The notes under the pieces: generated by a model
Told to the model about the DNA's origin: nothing
Database searches by the model: none
Seen by the model: the letters and a program-made list of their open reading frames with translations, nothing else
Part shown: positions 18,847-27,296 of the stretch, one piece after another
Position numbering within the stretch: position 1 is the first letter of the stretch
Layout of the letters: the number at the start of each line of letters is the position of its first letter
Program-made: the position numbers and the translations under genes
Origin: Micavibrio sp.
Lineage (GTDB): Bacteria > Patescibacteriota > Minisyncoccia > Moranbacterales > GCA-2747515
DNA: 64,000 bases
NCBI GenBank assembly: GCA_020718085.1
Contig: DYDB01000001.1
Location: 47,384-111,383 of the forward strand
Reading direction: 5' to 3'

Positions 18847-19925
18847 GACGCTTGCTTGGCAAGTTTGATGCGTATGTCCTCCTCTTGCAATGTCTGTACG
18901 ATCTCCGTGATATTTCCATTTAAAATGCTTTCCATATTGCTCCAACTTTGTTTGATGCGGTGGTCTGTGATGCGATCTTGGGGAAAATTATAGGTGCGGA
19001 TCTTCTCACTGCGATCCCCTGTGCCTACTTGTGAACGTCGCGCATCGCCGATCTCTTTGGCGTATTTTTCTTCTTCAATTTGTAAGAGGCGAGAACGAAG
19101 CACTTTCATGGCTTTTGCTTTGTTTTTATGTTGAGATTTTTCATCTTGACATGAGACAACTGTGTTCGTGGGAATATGTGTGATGCGTACAGCGCTCATG
19201 GTTGTATTTACACTTTGTCCGCCCGGTCCGGATGAGGCAAAAGTATCAATGCGCAGATCTTTGTCATTGATCTCGATCTCCACTTCTTCTGCTTCAGGGA
19301 GTACGGCAACTGTGGCAGTTGATGTGTGAATGCGTCCCTGTTTTTCTGTCTCCGGAATGCGTTGAACGCGGTGCACACCGGATTCATATTTCATGAGCTT
19401 GAAAACGGATGGTGTGCCGGCAGGTGCTTCAATTTCAAATATGACCTCCTTATAACCGCCAACGCCTGTGACATTGGAATGCATAATTGATGTTTTCCAG
19501 CCATTGAGTTCGGCAAATCGTACGTACATGCGAAAGAGATCCGTGGCAAATAGGCCGGATTCATCACCGCCTGCACCGGCGCGAATTTCAACAATGGCAT
19601 TTTTTGCATCGTGAGGATCTGCCGGCAAGAGAAGGACCTCCAATTCTTTTTCCAATGCAACGCTCTTCTGTGAAAGTATAACATTGTCCTCCACGGCCAT
19701 TTGTGTGATTTCGGGATCTGTTTCTGTATTGATGATTGCGGCATTGTCTTGCATCGATGCCAACACATGTTCAAACTCGTCGATCTTGGCGATGACGGTA
19801 TTCATTTCAGCTTGTTTTTTGCTCAATTCGATCATGCGTTTTGGATCTTGCGCAAGTGAAGGATCATTGAGAGCGATGCTGATGTCGTGATATTCTTTTT
19901 TGACTTTAGCAATAATGTCTTGCAT
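18843..19925 (-). CDS. prfA: Peptide chain release factor 1
   Basis: GGQ motif [13 protein letters not shown]1-type tripeptide region [16 protein letters not shown] (PxT). 360 aa. Confidence 0.9.
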   Translation of the reverse strand: MQDIIAKVKKEYHDISIALNDPSLAQDPKRMIELSKKQAEMNTVIAKIDEFEHVLASMQDNAAIINTETDPEITQMAVEDNVILSQKSVALEKELEVLLLPADPHDAKNAIVEIRAGAGGDESGLFATDLFRMYVRFAELNGWKTSIMHSNVTGVGGYKEVIFEIEAPAGTPSVFKLMKYESGVHRVQRIPETEKQGRIHTSTATVAVLPEAEEVEIEINDKDLRIDTFASSGPGGQSVNTTMSAVRITHIPTNTVVSCQDEKSQHKNKAKAMKVLRSRLLQIEEEKYAKEIGDARRSQVGTGDRSEKIRTYNFPQDRITDHRIKQSWSNMESILNGNITEIVQTLQEEDIRIKLAKQAS

Positions 19926-20026
19926 AAAATTTTGTATCAGATGTTATGTCTACTATAAGGCAGAATGAATATGCCGTCAAAAACAAAAACATCATGCATA
20001 AAACATGATGTTCTCGTATATCGTCG

Positions 20027-20317
20027 TTAAGCAGCAGCTTTTTCTTTTTTCTTGGTCTTTGCCACTTTTTTTACAGCTTTGTCTTTGACTGTTTTGCGAG
20101 TAGCTTGTGCTTTCTGTGATTTTTCCAAAAGTTTTTTGAAACGGTCAACACGTCCGGTCGCATCAACAATTTTTTGTTTGCCGGTATAGATCGGGTGGCA
20201 TTGAGAGCATGTTTCAATGGAAATATTCTCTTTTGTGCCTCCAATTGTGAATATCGCACCACAAGAACAAGTTGCTGTTGTTTGTGTGTGATACTGCGGA
20301 TGAATCTCTTTTTTCAT
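20027..20317 (-). CDS. rpmE: 50S ribosomal protein L31
   Basis: MKKEIHPQY...CSCG...CSQCHPIYTG zinc-ribbon L31 with a Lys-rich C-terminal extension. Confidence 0.85.
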   Translation of the reverse strand: MKKEIHPQYHTQTTATCSCGAIFTIGGTKENISIETCSQCHPIYTGKQKIVDATGRVDRFKKLLEKSQKAQATRKTVKDKAVKKVAKTKKKEKAAA

Positions 20318-20382
20318 ATACGTATATCAAGTGGTTACATGTATGTTATGATACTCCACGCATCCTAACACAAGAAATGGTA

Positions 20383-20411
20383 ATTGACAAGGGTTGAATA
20401 GTGCGTTACAA
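20383..20411 (+). promoter_or_regulatory. Sigma70-type promoter for rpsB-tsf (TTGACA-17-TACAAT)
   Basis: TTGACA at 20383-20388, a 17-nt spacer, and TACAAT at 20406-20411. A cctgtcgacagg hairpin lies in the leader at about 20453-20464. Confidence 0.5.
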
Positions 20412-20535
20412 TTTATGCGTTAATTTATCAAGCATATATTTCCATGTAACCCATTCCTGTCGACAGGATTTTTATATCTCTGTTGATACGGGTTGTATAG
20501 GCGGGGTATATGTGTAATTTGTAAGGAAAAACCCT

Positions 20536-21300
20536 ATGGCGCGTTTGAAAACCGCAGAAAAAGAGAGTAAAAGTGAAGTTGTGGAAGCAGTAAATCCACG
20601 TAAGAACATTTTTGAGGCAATTGATCTGGAAAGTCTCGAATTGACAATGGCAGCACTCCTGAAAGCAGGTGTGCATTTTGGTCATCAAAAATCTCGTCGC
20701 AATCCTCGCATGAGTGAATACATTTATACAACACGAAATAATATTAATATTATCGATCTAGCAAAGACGGTTGAACGTTTGAAAGAAGCATTGGAGTTTA
20801 TTGTATCGATGAAAAAAAGTGGTAAACAGATTCTTTTCGTGGGCACAAAAAGACAAGCATATGATCTCGTGAGGGATATTGCAAAATATACCGGCAATCC
20901 ATTTGTTGTGGAAAGATGGCTCGGTGGGACGTTTACCAACTTTGGAAATATCCGTCGACGTACGCGATATATGACACGTTTGCAAGAACAAATTGCAAAA
21001 GGTGAACTGAAAAAATATACAAAGTTCGAACAGATGAAAAAGATCGAAGAGGCAGAAAAACTTGATCGTCGTATGGGAGGTATCGCAGAAATGCGTGATC
21101 TGCCTGGTGCAATATTTGTTACAGATGTTGAGGCAGACAATCTCGCAATTCGTGAGGCAATAGCAATGAACATTCCCGTAATTGCCCTTGTGGATACAAA
21201 TGTCAATCCAGCAGGTGTGACATATCCGATTCCTGCAAATGATGATGCAATTTCTTCGCTTACGATGATCCTTGCACATGTATGCAAATCACTTCGATAA
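20536..21300 (+). CDS. rpsB: 30S ribosomal protein S2
   Basis: AGVHFGHQKSRRNPRM and the rest of the length match S2. An rpsB-tsf pair follows. Confidence 0.95.
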   Translation: MARLKTAEKESKSEVVEAVNPRKNIFEAIDLESLELTMAALLKAGVHFGHQKSRRNPRMSEYIYTTRNNINIIDLAKTVERLKEALEFIVSMKKSGKQILFVGTKRQAYDLVRDIAKYTGNPFVVERWLGGTFTNFGNIRRRTRYMTRLQEQIAKGELKKYTKFEQMKKIEEAEKLDRRMGGIAEMRDLPGAIFVTDVEADNLAIREAIAMNIPVIALVDTNVNPAGVTYPIPANDDAISSLTMILAHVCKSLR

Positions 21301-21360
21301 GACGAATAGAGAAAAGATCCCAAAACGTAAAATGCAAAAAACTCTAAATTCAAAAATCAT

Positions 21361-21945
21361 ATGAGCACATTAGAACAAATCAAAAAGATCCGTGAGCAAA
21401 CCGGTGCAGGTATTATCGATGTGAAAAAAGCGCTTGATGAGGCAAAGGGTGATGAAACGAAAGCCATTGAGATCTTGCGTAAAAATGGACAGAGCAAGGC
21501 CTTGAAAAAAGCAGATCGAGATGCACGTGAGGGTGTGATCGGCATGTATGTGCACTCCAATCAAAAAATGGGTGCAATGGTGAAGGTTTTGTGTGAAACG
21601 GATTTTGTTGCTCGTAATGAAGATTTTCAAAAATTTGCAAGCGATATTGCAATGCATATTACAGCAAGTGCCCCACAGTGTTTGCGACCGGAGAGCGTGG
21701 ATGACGCATTCGTGGCAAAAGAGCGAGAGATCTGGACTGAGCAATTGAAAAATGAGGGTAAGCCTGCAGAGATCATGGATAAGATCATGGCAGGTAAAGA
21801 GCAAAAACTTCGTAATGAACTTGCACTTTTGACACAATCTTTTGTCAAAGAGCCGGATAAAACAGTGGAAGAATATCTTAATGAGCATATTGCCAAGATC
21901 GGTGAAAAGATCGAAATTGGTGAATTTGCGCGTTTTGCTTTCTAA
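21361..21945 (+). CDS. tsf: Elongation factor Ts (short form)
   Basis: N-terminal UBA-like IKKIREQTGAGIIDVKKAL, the EF-Ts signature. 194 aa. Confidence 0.9.
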   Translation: MSTLEQIKKIREQTGAGIIDVKKALDEAKGDETKAIEILRKNGQSKALKKADRDAREGVIGMYVHSNQKMGAMVKVLCETDFVARNEDFQKFASDIAMHITASAPQCLRPESVDDAFVAKEREIWTEQLKNEGKPAEIMDKIMAGKEQKLRNELALLTQSFVKEPDKTVEEYLNEHIAKIGEKIEIGEFARFAF

Positions 21946-21987
21946 ATGTATTATTGAAATATCCATAATACATTTTGTGAAACCGTT

Positions 21988-22542
21988 ATGATTTATTTGA
22001 TCGTCCCACCCATTATTATTGTTTTTGCTGTTGCAATTCTGATTATCTTTCTTACAAAAGTATCGTCGAAAGACCGTGATTCAGGCAGTTTTGTGTTGTC
22101 TGAACGAAGAAGTATCAGACATCACTTGAGTTCGGGGAAAAGATATTTACGTGGCGCGAGTGAAGGTGCAACGCAAAAAATCAAAGATCGTCTGACATGG
22201 AAAGATGACCAAAAAATTTCTACAAGTACACAAGATGCCAAGCCGATGTATACTGGCACAGGAGACAATAATGGTGGAGATAAAATTGTTTCACTGCGCA
22301 AAAAAAGTATGGTCAGTGATAAGATCGAAAATGGAGAGACGCGAGACCCAGAAGAACTGGCTCTCATGAAAGAAATTGAAGAAGATCCGCATGATAGTAA
22401 GCGGTATGAAAGACTAGGAGATTATTATATGGAACATGAACAATTTGCAGATGCACGAGAATGTTATAAGTATGTATTGCGTCTCGACCCGCGACACAAG
22501 CGTGCCCAGGTTGCAATGAAAAATCTCGATCGCGTCCTATAA
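21988..22542 (+). CDS. Hypothetical membrane-anchored protein with C-terminal TPR-like helices
   Basis: N-terminal TM. The C-terminal part has YYMEHEQFADARECYKYVLRLDP (TPR-like). Confidence 0.45.
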   Translation: MIYLIVPPIIIVFAVAILIIFLTKVSSKDRDSGSFVLSERRSIRHHLSSGKRYLRGASEGATQKIKDRLTWKDDQKISTSTQDAKPMYTGTGDNNGGDKIVSLRKKSMVSDKIENGETRDPEELALMKEIEEDPHDSKRYERLGDYYMEHEQFADARECYKYVLRLDPRHKRAQVAMKNLDRVL

Positions 22543-22681
22543 AATGAAAGAATATTATCATTTTTTGTTAAAAAACATCCTCTCCCTAAGGGAGAGGATT
22601 GAGGTGAGGGAGGAATAAAATTATTAATTACGCAATAGAGTATTGATTAATTCTTCCTATCAGTATATACTAATATGGAAT

Positions 22682-22754
22682 GCCACTTTAGCTCAGTTGG
22701 TAGAGCATCGGTTTTGTAAACCGCAGGTCGTCAGTTCGAGTCTGACAAGTGGCT
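22682..22754 (+). tRNA. tRNA-Thr (anticodon UGU)
   Basis: Cloverleaf folded by hand: acceptor gccactt/aagtggc, anticodon loop tttgtaa with U33-UGU-A37, short variable loop, T-loop ttcgagt. CCA is not encoded. Confidence 0.75.
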
Positions 22755-22868
22755 CAAGACAGTAGAAAGTTTGTAAAGTTAAAAGTTATGAAGGAAGGAT
22801 CTGTGTGTATATTACACACTTATTATCTTTTGACTTTATGAACTTTTCAACTTTGTGACTGTTAAATT

Positions 22869-22951
22869 GGGTCGGTGGCAGAGTGGTCAAATGCACCTGA
22901 CTGTAAATCAGGCGTCTTCGGACTTCGGGGGTTCAAATCCCTCCCGGCCCA
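22869..22951 (+). tRNA. tRNA-Tyr (anticodon GUA)
   Basis: Anticodon stem-loop cctga/ctgtaaa/tcagg. The long variable arm (cgtcttcggacttcg) is typical of bacterial Tyr. T-loop ttcaaat. Confidence 0.8.
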
Positions 22952-23019
22952 CAATACAACCAAGAGAGCGGATGTGGCCGATTACTGTAAAGTGTCGGCT
23001 TTATCTGTAAAAGGCATAT

Positions 23020-23092
23020 GCCTAGATAGCTCAGTCGGTAGAGCACATCCATGGTAAGGATGAGGTCGCCGGTTCAATCCCGGCTCTAGGCT
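23020..23092 (+). tRNA. tRNA-Thr (anticodon GGU)
   Basis: Acceptor gcctaga/tctaggc. D-arm gctcagtcggtagagc. Anticodon loop atggtaa (GGU). T-loop ttcaatc. Confidence 0.85.
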
Positions 23093-23173
23093 CAGAATAA
23101 TAGTGTATAATAGAGAACATGGGAGTCTGTTGTGCGAGGACAGGCGGGCCTGTCCACCGGAGTTAAAACGTAG

Positions 23174-23244
23174 GCGGGTGTAGTTTAGTGGTAGAACGAG
23201 GGTCTCCAAAACCCTTAGTGGGAGTTCGATTCTCTCCACCCGTG
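23174..23244 (+). tRNA. tRNA-Trp (anticodon CCA)
   Basis: Anticodon stem-loop agggt/ctccaaa/accct (CCA). T-arm gggag/ttcgatt/ctctc. The acceptor pairs with a G1-U72 wobble. Exact ends are +/-2 nt. Confidence 0.75.
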
Positions 23245-23251
23245 CATACAA

Positions 23252-23286
23252 AAAACAGCTTCTTCTGGGGGGGGGCTGTTTTTGTT
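23252..23286 (+). terminator. Rho-independent terminator after the tRNA cluster
   Basis: aacagc ... G-rich loop ... gctgttttt followed by gttt. Confidence 0.5.
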
Positions 23287-23368
23287 TATCTTGATAGTAT
23301 AATAGCTGAAACCATGTTATGCTCAATAGACAAAAAATACGGTGTAATGAAGTAGATTTCAGAAAAAT

Positions 23369-23998
23369 ATGCAGAGTAATCTGAAAAAAATATTAGATGA
23401 TTTTAAGGACAAGCGATCTATTTATGAAGAGTTCTGTTTGGCGATGTATAAATTCTTGGATAGCATGCTTGTTATTGATGGTTGCAAATACCAGATATTT
23501 TATAGGATCAAAGAATTTGACAAACTTGAAGAAAAAATTATACGTAAAGAAAAAGAGGGGATCGTCTATACGAACCTTGAAGAATTGGAAGATTTGGCGG
23601 GTCTTCGAATCCTATTTTATCTCGAGTCAGATAAGGATAAATTTGTGAAAAAATTACTATCGGAATTGACGGGAGATGTTACTATTAAAAATCATAAAAA
23701 ATTATCCGGCTATGAAGCAACACACATCATTACAAGTTTTGGAGAAAAAAGGATCAGTTTGAGCGAATACAGCAAGTTTGAGGGATTGAAATGTGAAATA
23801 CAATTGACATCCATCTTGCATCATGCGTGGTCGGAAATTGAACATGACATGATCTACAAAGACACTTTGGGAGTCAAGAATAGTAAAGTGAAAAGTGTTT
23901 TTATAAAAAAAGAGATGAAAAAGATCCTATCAAATTATCTCATTAAGGCTTCCACTGAGCTGGACAATCTGGTCAAAAAAATTAAAAAAAGGAAATAA
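23369..23998 (+). CDS. RelA/SpoT-domain nucleotidyltransferase (small alarmone synthetase-like; possible toxSAS-type toxin)
   Basis: Motifs EDLAGLRILF, GYEATHII and EIQLTSILHHAWSEIEHDMIYK align with the RelQ/RelP synthetase motifs (DIAGLRI, GYRSxHL, EIQIRTxxMxxWAxxEHxxxYK). 209 aa. Lies in an AT-rich, codon-shifted island. Confidence 0.7.
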   Translation: MQSNLKKILDDFKDKRSIYEEFCLAMYKFLDSMLVIDGCKYQIFYRIKEFDKLEEKIIRKEKEGIVYTNLEELEDLAGLRILFYLESDKDKFVKKLLSELTGDVTIKNHKKLSGYEATHIITSFGEKRISLSEYSKFEGLKCEIQLTSILHHAWSEIEHDMIYKDTLGVKNSKVKSVFIKKEMKKILSNYLIKASTELDNLVKKIKKRK

Positions 23999-24119
23999 AA
24001 TGGCTTCACCCGTGCAGATAGGAATAGAACCAAAATTTGAGGCTAGGGAAGCCTTTTTTTGGTTTCAATCTTTTAGGATAAGAATGGAAGAGTGGAAATT
24101 TTTATGATAGAGTTTAATT

Positions 24120-25220
24120 ATGAAAGCAAAAGTTCATAAAATTGAAGACTTTGGTTATGATCCATTTTTTGAATCCAATCGTGTAAAACTCGGACTGGAT
24201 GTTTTTCATGTGGCTCGAGTGATCTCTGAACAAAAGGGAATTTATAAGGTTAAAAATGCCAATGGTGAATATTTGGCAAAAATAACCGGAAAACAAATTT
24301 TTAAAGCCTCTTCTAAGGAAGATTATCCGTCTGTGGGTGATTGGGTGGCAATTTCTGAATTGGAAGTGCATAAAGCAATGATCCGTAGTATATTACCGAG
24401 GAGAACAGTGATGAAGAGGAAATGCAGTGGTAAAAAAAATGAAACCCAAATAATAGCAACGAATATTGACGTGGCCTTTGTCATTGAATCAGTTGATAGG
24501 GACTATAATTTGAATCGATTTGAAAGATATTTTGCCATAGCGAATGATGGGGGCATAAAACCAGCTATCATATTGAACAAAGTAGATCTGATCTCCAAAG
24601 AAGAATTATATGCAAAAATTTCCCAAATAAAAGACAGATTCAAAGATGTTGAAGTCATTCCAACTAGCGCTGTGACGGATGAAGATCTGGATGAATTAAG
24701 GGGATATATAAAAAAGGGTAAAACGTATTGTTTTCTAGGTTCCTCCGGAGTGGGAAAATCTTCTTTGATAAATAAACTGATTGGTAGTGGGAGTGAGATA
24801 AAAACTGGAGACGTCGGTTTACGTTCCGGGAGAGGAAAGCATGTAACTACAACGAGAGAAATGTATTTTTTGAAAAATGGTGGCATTGTAATAGATACTC
24901 CCGGGATGCGAGAGGTGGGGATGACTGACACAACTGCTGGTGTAGATAATTTATTCGATGAGATCACAACTCTCGCCAAGAAATGTAAATTTATCGACTG
25001 TGATCATATTCATGAACCTAAATGCGAAGTTTTAGTTGCGCTAAAAGCAGGCCTGTTGGACAAAGAAAAGTATGCCAATTACATTCGATTAAAAAAAGAG
25101 TCTGAACATTATGAGATGACTCAACGTGAAAAAAAAGAAAAAGATCGAAAATTTGGTAAATTTATGAAAAATGCCAAGAAGGATTTGAAAAAGTATAAAA
25201 ACAAAAATTATAGTGTGTAA
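24120..25220 (+). CDS. rsgA: RsgA/YjeQ-type circularly permuted GTPase (ribosome small-subunit biogenesis GTPase family)
   Basis: N-terminal OB-like region. G4 NKVDL precedes G1 GSSGVGKSSLIN. GRGKHVTTTRE and IDTPGMRE motifs. C-terminal zinc finger CKFIDCDHIHEPKC. Lys-rich tail. Confidence 0.85.
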   Translation: MKAKVHKIEDFGYDPFFESNRVKLGLDVFHVARVISEQKGIYKVKNANGEYLAKITGKQIFKASSKEDYPSVGDWVAISELEVHKAMIRSILPRRTVMKRKCSGKKNETQIIATNIDVAFVIESVDRDYNLNRFERYFAIANDGGIKPAIILNKVDLISKEELYAKISQIKDRFKDVEVIPTSAVTDEDLDELRGYIKKGKTYCFLGSSGVGKSSLINKLIGSGSEIKTGDVGLRSGRGKHVTTTREMYFLKNGGIVIDTPGMREVGMTDTTAGVDNLFDEITTLAKKCKFIDCDHIHEPKCEVLVALKAGLLDKEKYANYIRLKKESEHYEMTQREKKEKDRKFGKFMKNAKKDLKKYKNKNYSV

Positions 25221-25346
25221 TCTGTAATTGGCGGTGGATTCATCGAAGATGGCTCTCGATAAATAGTTAATTCCCACTAAGTCTAAGTTTGCATTTTCTT
25301 AACAAAATGCTACTTTTAGAATAGCTTAATATTTAGATACAACCTA

Positions 25347-25661
25347 ATGTTCTGGCGAAAGCACAAAAATATACATTTAATTTCAGCAGTCTTTCTTGGT
25401 TGTTTATTTTTGTCTGGGTGTGACGATTCAAACAATCGACTAGAGGAAATTGAACAAGCAAGAGAAATGGGCTACGAGATGGGAATGGAGGAGGGTTATA
25501 GTGTTGGTATAGATGATGTAAAATCCGGACTTGTGTCAATTGAGGATACTGAGATTTGCTTGGATTACTATGAATTAGGCTATCAAGATGCTATCACTGA
25601 TATCGAGAAATACGGAATAACAAGAGTAAAGAATGAAGATTTGCCAAGAGAAGTTCAATAA
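25347..25661 (+). CDS. Small acidic lipoprotein, hypothetical
   Basis: Signal peptide with lipobox FLSGC, followed by an acidic E/G/Y-rich 80-aa region. Confidence 0.45.
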   Translation: MFWRKHKNIHLISAVFLGCLFLSGCDDSNNRLEEIEQAREMGYEMGMEEGYSVGIDDVKSGLVSIEDTEICLDYYELGYQDAITDIEKYGITRVKNEDLPREVQ

Positions 25662-25745
25662 TGATTATGAATGCAAAAAATTGTTAAAAATATTTTTGAC
25701 TAAATTTATTTTTTTAGTAAAATCCTGTTGAGTATTTGAAAAAAT

Positions 25746-26384
25746 ATGACCGAAGAAGAATATAAGAATAGATTTGAAAAGTTATATCAACTTCTAACAA
25801 GAGCTCATTTGTGTTTTTTTGTTTGGAAGGGTCTTAAAAATGTAAAATATCAACCTCAATTTGACAGAGATAAAAATTTTTGGAGTGCTGTCGTTCCTTC
25901 CCTAGAGTCATCGTGGCTTCAATCTTTAGCTAATATTTACGAAGAATCAGATTACAGCAGAAAGGATAAAATTATATCGGTATATTCATTGATAAATAAT
26001 CAAAAAGATGTAGAAAGAAAGGTGAGAGCGGAAGTTATTATTAATCAGAATCAATCCATAATTAAAAACATTTCAATTCTTAGGAATAATCAGTTAGCTC
26101 ATTATAATGCCAATCATTTATTAAACCCAAAAGAGTTATTGGAAAAATTTCCTGTGAAATATGGGGAAGTGGAAAGATTGCTAGAAATAACTGAAGAACT
26201 ATTACGTTGTCTGCACCCCGAAAACAATCATAGTTTTTCGTTTGAGGGATTTGATAAGGAATCACAACGGGATTCAACTTTAATTATGGATAGGATTGAG
26301 TATTATCTAAAGCAGGAAAAGAAACACTATGAGAAAATGAAAGATGAAAATAAGTATGTTCATTTTCCGCCTCAAAAAGACTGA
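25746..26384 (+). CDS. Hypothetical protein with an Rx5H (HEPN-like) motif; candidate Abi-type protein
   Basis: 212-aa all-helical-looking ORF. LRNNQLAHYNANH contains R-x5-H in a predicted helix, as in HEPN RNase families (Rx4-6H). No other motifs. Confidence 0.5.
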   Translation: MTEEEYKNRFEKLYQLLTRAHLCFFVWKGLKNVKYQPQFDRDKNFWSAVVPSLESSWLQSLANIYEESDYSRKDKIISVYSLINNQKDVERKVRAEVIINQNQSIIKNISILRNNQLAHYNANHLLNPKELLEKFPVKYGEVERLLEITEELLRCLHPENNHSFSFEGFDKESQRDSTLIMDRIEYYLKQEKKHYEKMKDENKYVHFPPQKD

Positions 26385-26539
26385 TTATTATCAAATTTTT
26401 TCTTAAATCGGATGTGTATACATTCGTTTTTTTCATAAAAATATCCCTAAAAACATTTATCACATCGTACAGATACAAAAAAGAGATTTTATGCAATCTC
26501 TTTTCGTGCTGAGAATTATGATATAATCACAGAATTCAT

Positions 26540-27109
26540 ATGCAAAACACTATCGAAAATAAAACTATTCAAAAAGAAGATTGGTCTGGAAAAAAACTAG
26601 GATCATTTGAAATTTCTGACTGTACATTCAACGGATGTGATTTTACGGAAACTGATTTTTCCGGAACGAAGTTCATTGATTGTATCTTCGATGGATGTAA
26701 TTTCTCGAACTCAAAAATATTAAATTGCAGTTTTTGCGACGTTACTTTTAAGGAATGTAAAATAAGTGGTGTGGTCTTTGGTGAAATAAATAAATTCTTA
26801 CTTTCTTGGAAATTTTATGATTGTGCCATAGATCTTTGCAGTTTCAGTATGTTGGATATCAAAAACTCCGAGTTTATTGCATGTGAGATCTACGAAACTG
26901 ATTTTGTGAACACTGATCTTAGTGAGTCTAATTTCTCACAATCTGATCTGAGGGGGAGTAAATTTCAAGATACAAATTTAAGTAAAGCTAATTTTGTGGG
27001 AGCAATAAATTATTTTATAGATCCTACAGCCAATAAGATCACAAAAGCGAGATTTTCATCACCGGAAGTGTTAGCTCTGCTTGCGGGTTTTGATATAACC
27101 ATTGAATAG
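26540..27109 (+). CDS. Pentapeptide-repeat protein (Qnr/MfpA-like fold)
   Basis: Tandem A(D/N)(L/F)xx pentapeptides throughout (CTFNGCDFTETDFSGTKFIDCIFDGCNFSNSKILNCSF...SDLRGSKFQDTNLSKANFVGA). Confidence 0.75.
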   Translation: MQNTIENKTIQKEDWSGKKLGSFEISDCTFNGCDFTETDFSGTKFIDCIFDGCNFSNSKILNCSFCDVTFKECKISGVVFGEINKFLLSWKFYDCAIDLCSFSMLDIKNSEFIACEIYETDFVNTDLSESNFSQSDLRGSKFQDTNLSKANFVGAINYFIDPTANKITKARFSSPEVLALLAGFDITIE

Positions 27110-27140
27110 ATTGAGAGCTTGCGCAATTATCATTATTTCT

Positions 27141-27198
27141 GTCATTCCGACCCTGCCTACCGGCAGGCAGGCTTCGACTTTGCTCAGGATGACAAGTG
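27141..27198. repeat. MITE-like repeat, family B (best copy)
   Basis: gtcattccgaccctgcctaccggcaggcaggcttcgactttgctcaggatgacaagtg. Internal palindrome cctgcctaccggcaggcagg. Near-identical to 6358-6416. Confidence 0.6.
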
Positions 27199-27249
27199 CG
27201 TAATTTTTGAGAGTATCAGTTTAGAATAGGGCTTATCTTATTTTTTTAA

Positions 27250-27284
27250 CATAAAAACAAAAAGAACGGTCGTGTGCCGTTCTT
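27250..27284 (-). terminator. Rho-independent terminator for the MarR gene
   Basis: agaacgg-tcgtgtg-ccgttct stem with a T-run on the minus strand (reverse complement of ataaaaacaaaa). Confidence 0.6.
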
Positions 27285-27296
27285 TGTATACATGAT

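Noticed and set aside
20724-21966. Long minus-strand ORFs (20724-21353, 20758-21279, 21370-21966) antisense to rpsB and tsf
   Set aside because: They lie entirely inside well-supported ribosomal/EF-Ts genes. Their low-complexity Cys/Phe-rich translations are typical of antisense frames in AT-rich DNA.
22682-22754. Alternative reading of the first tRNA as tRNA-Tyr (GUA) by shifting the anticodon loop one nucleotide
   Set aside because: It would require a non-canonical stem register. Bacterial tRNA-Tyr has a long variable arm, which this tRNA lacks, and the UGU (Thr) register keeps U33 and A37.
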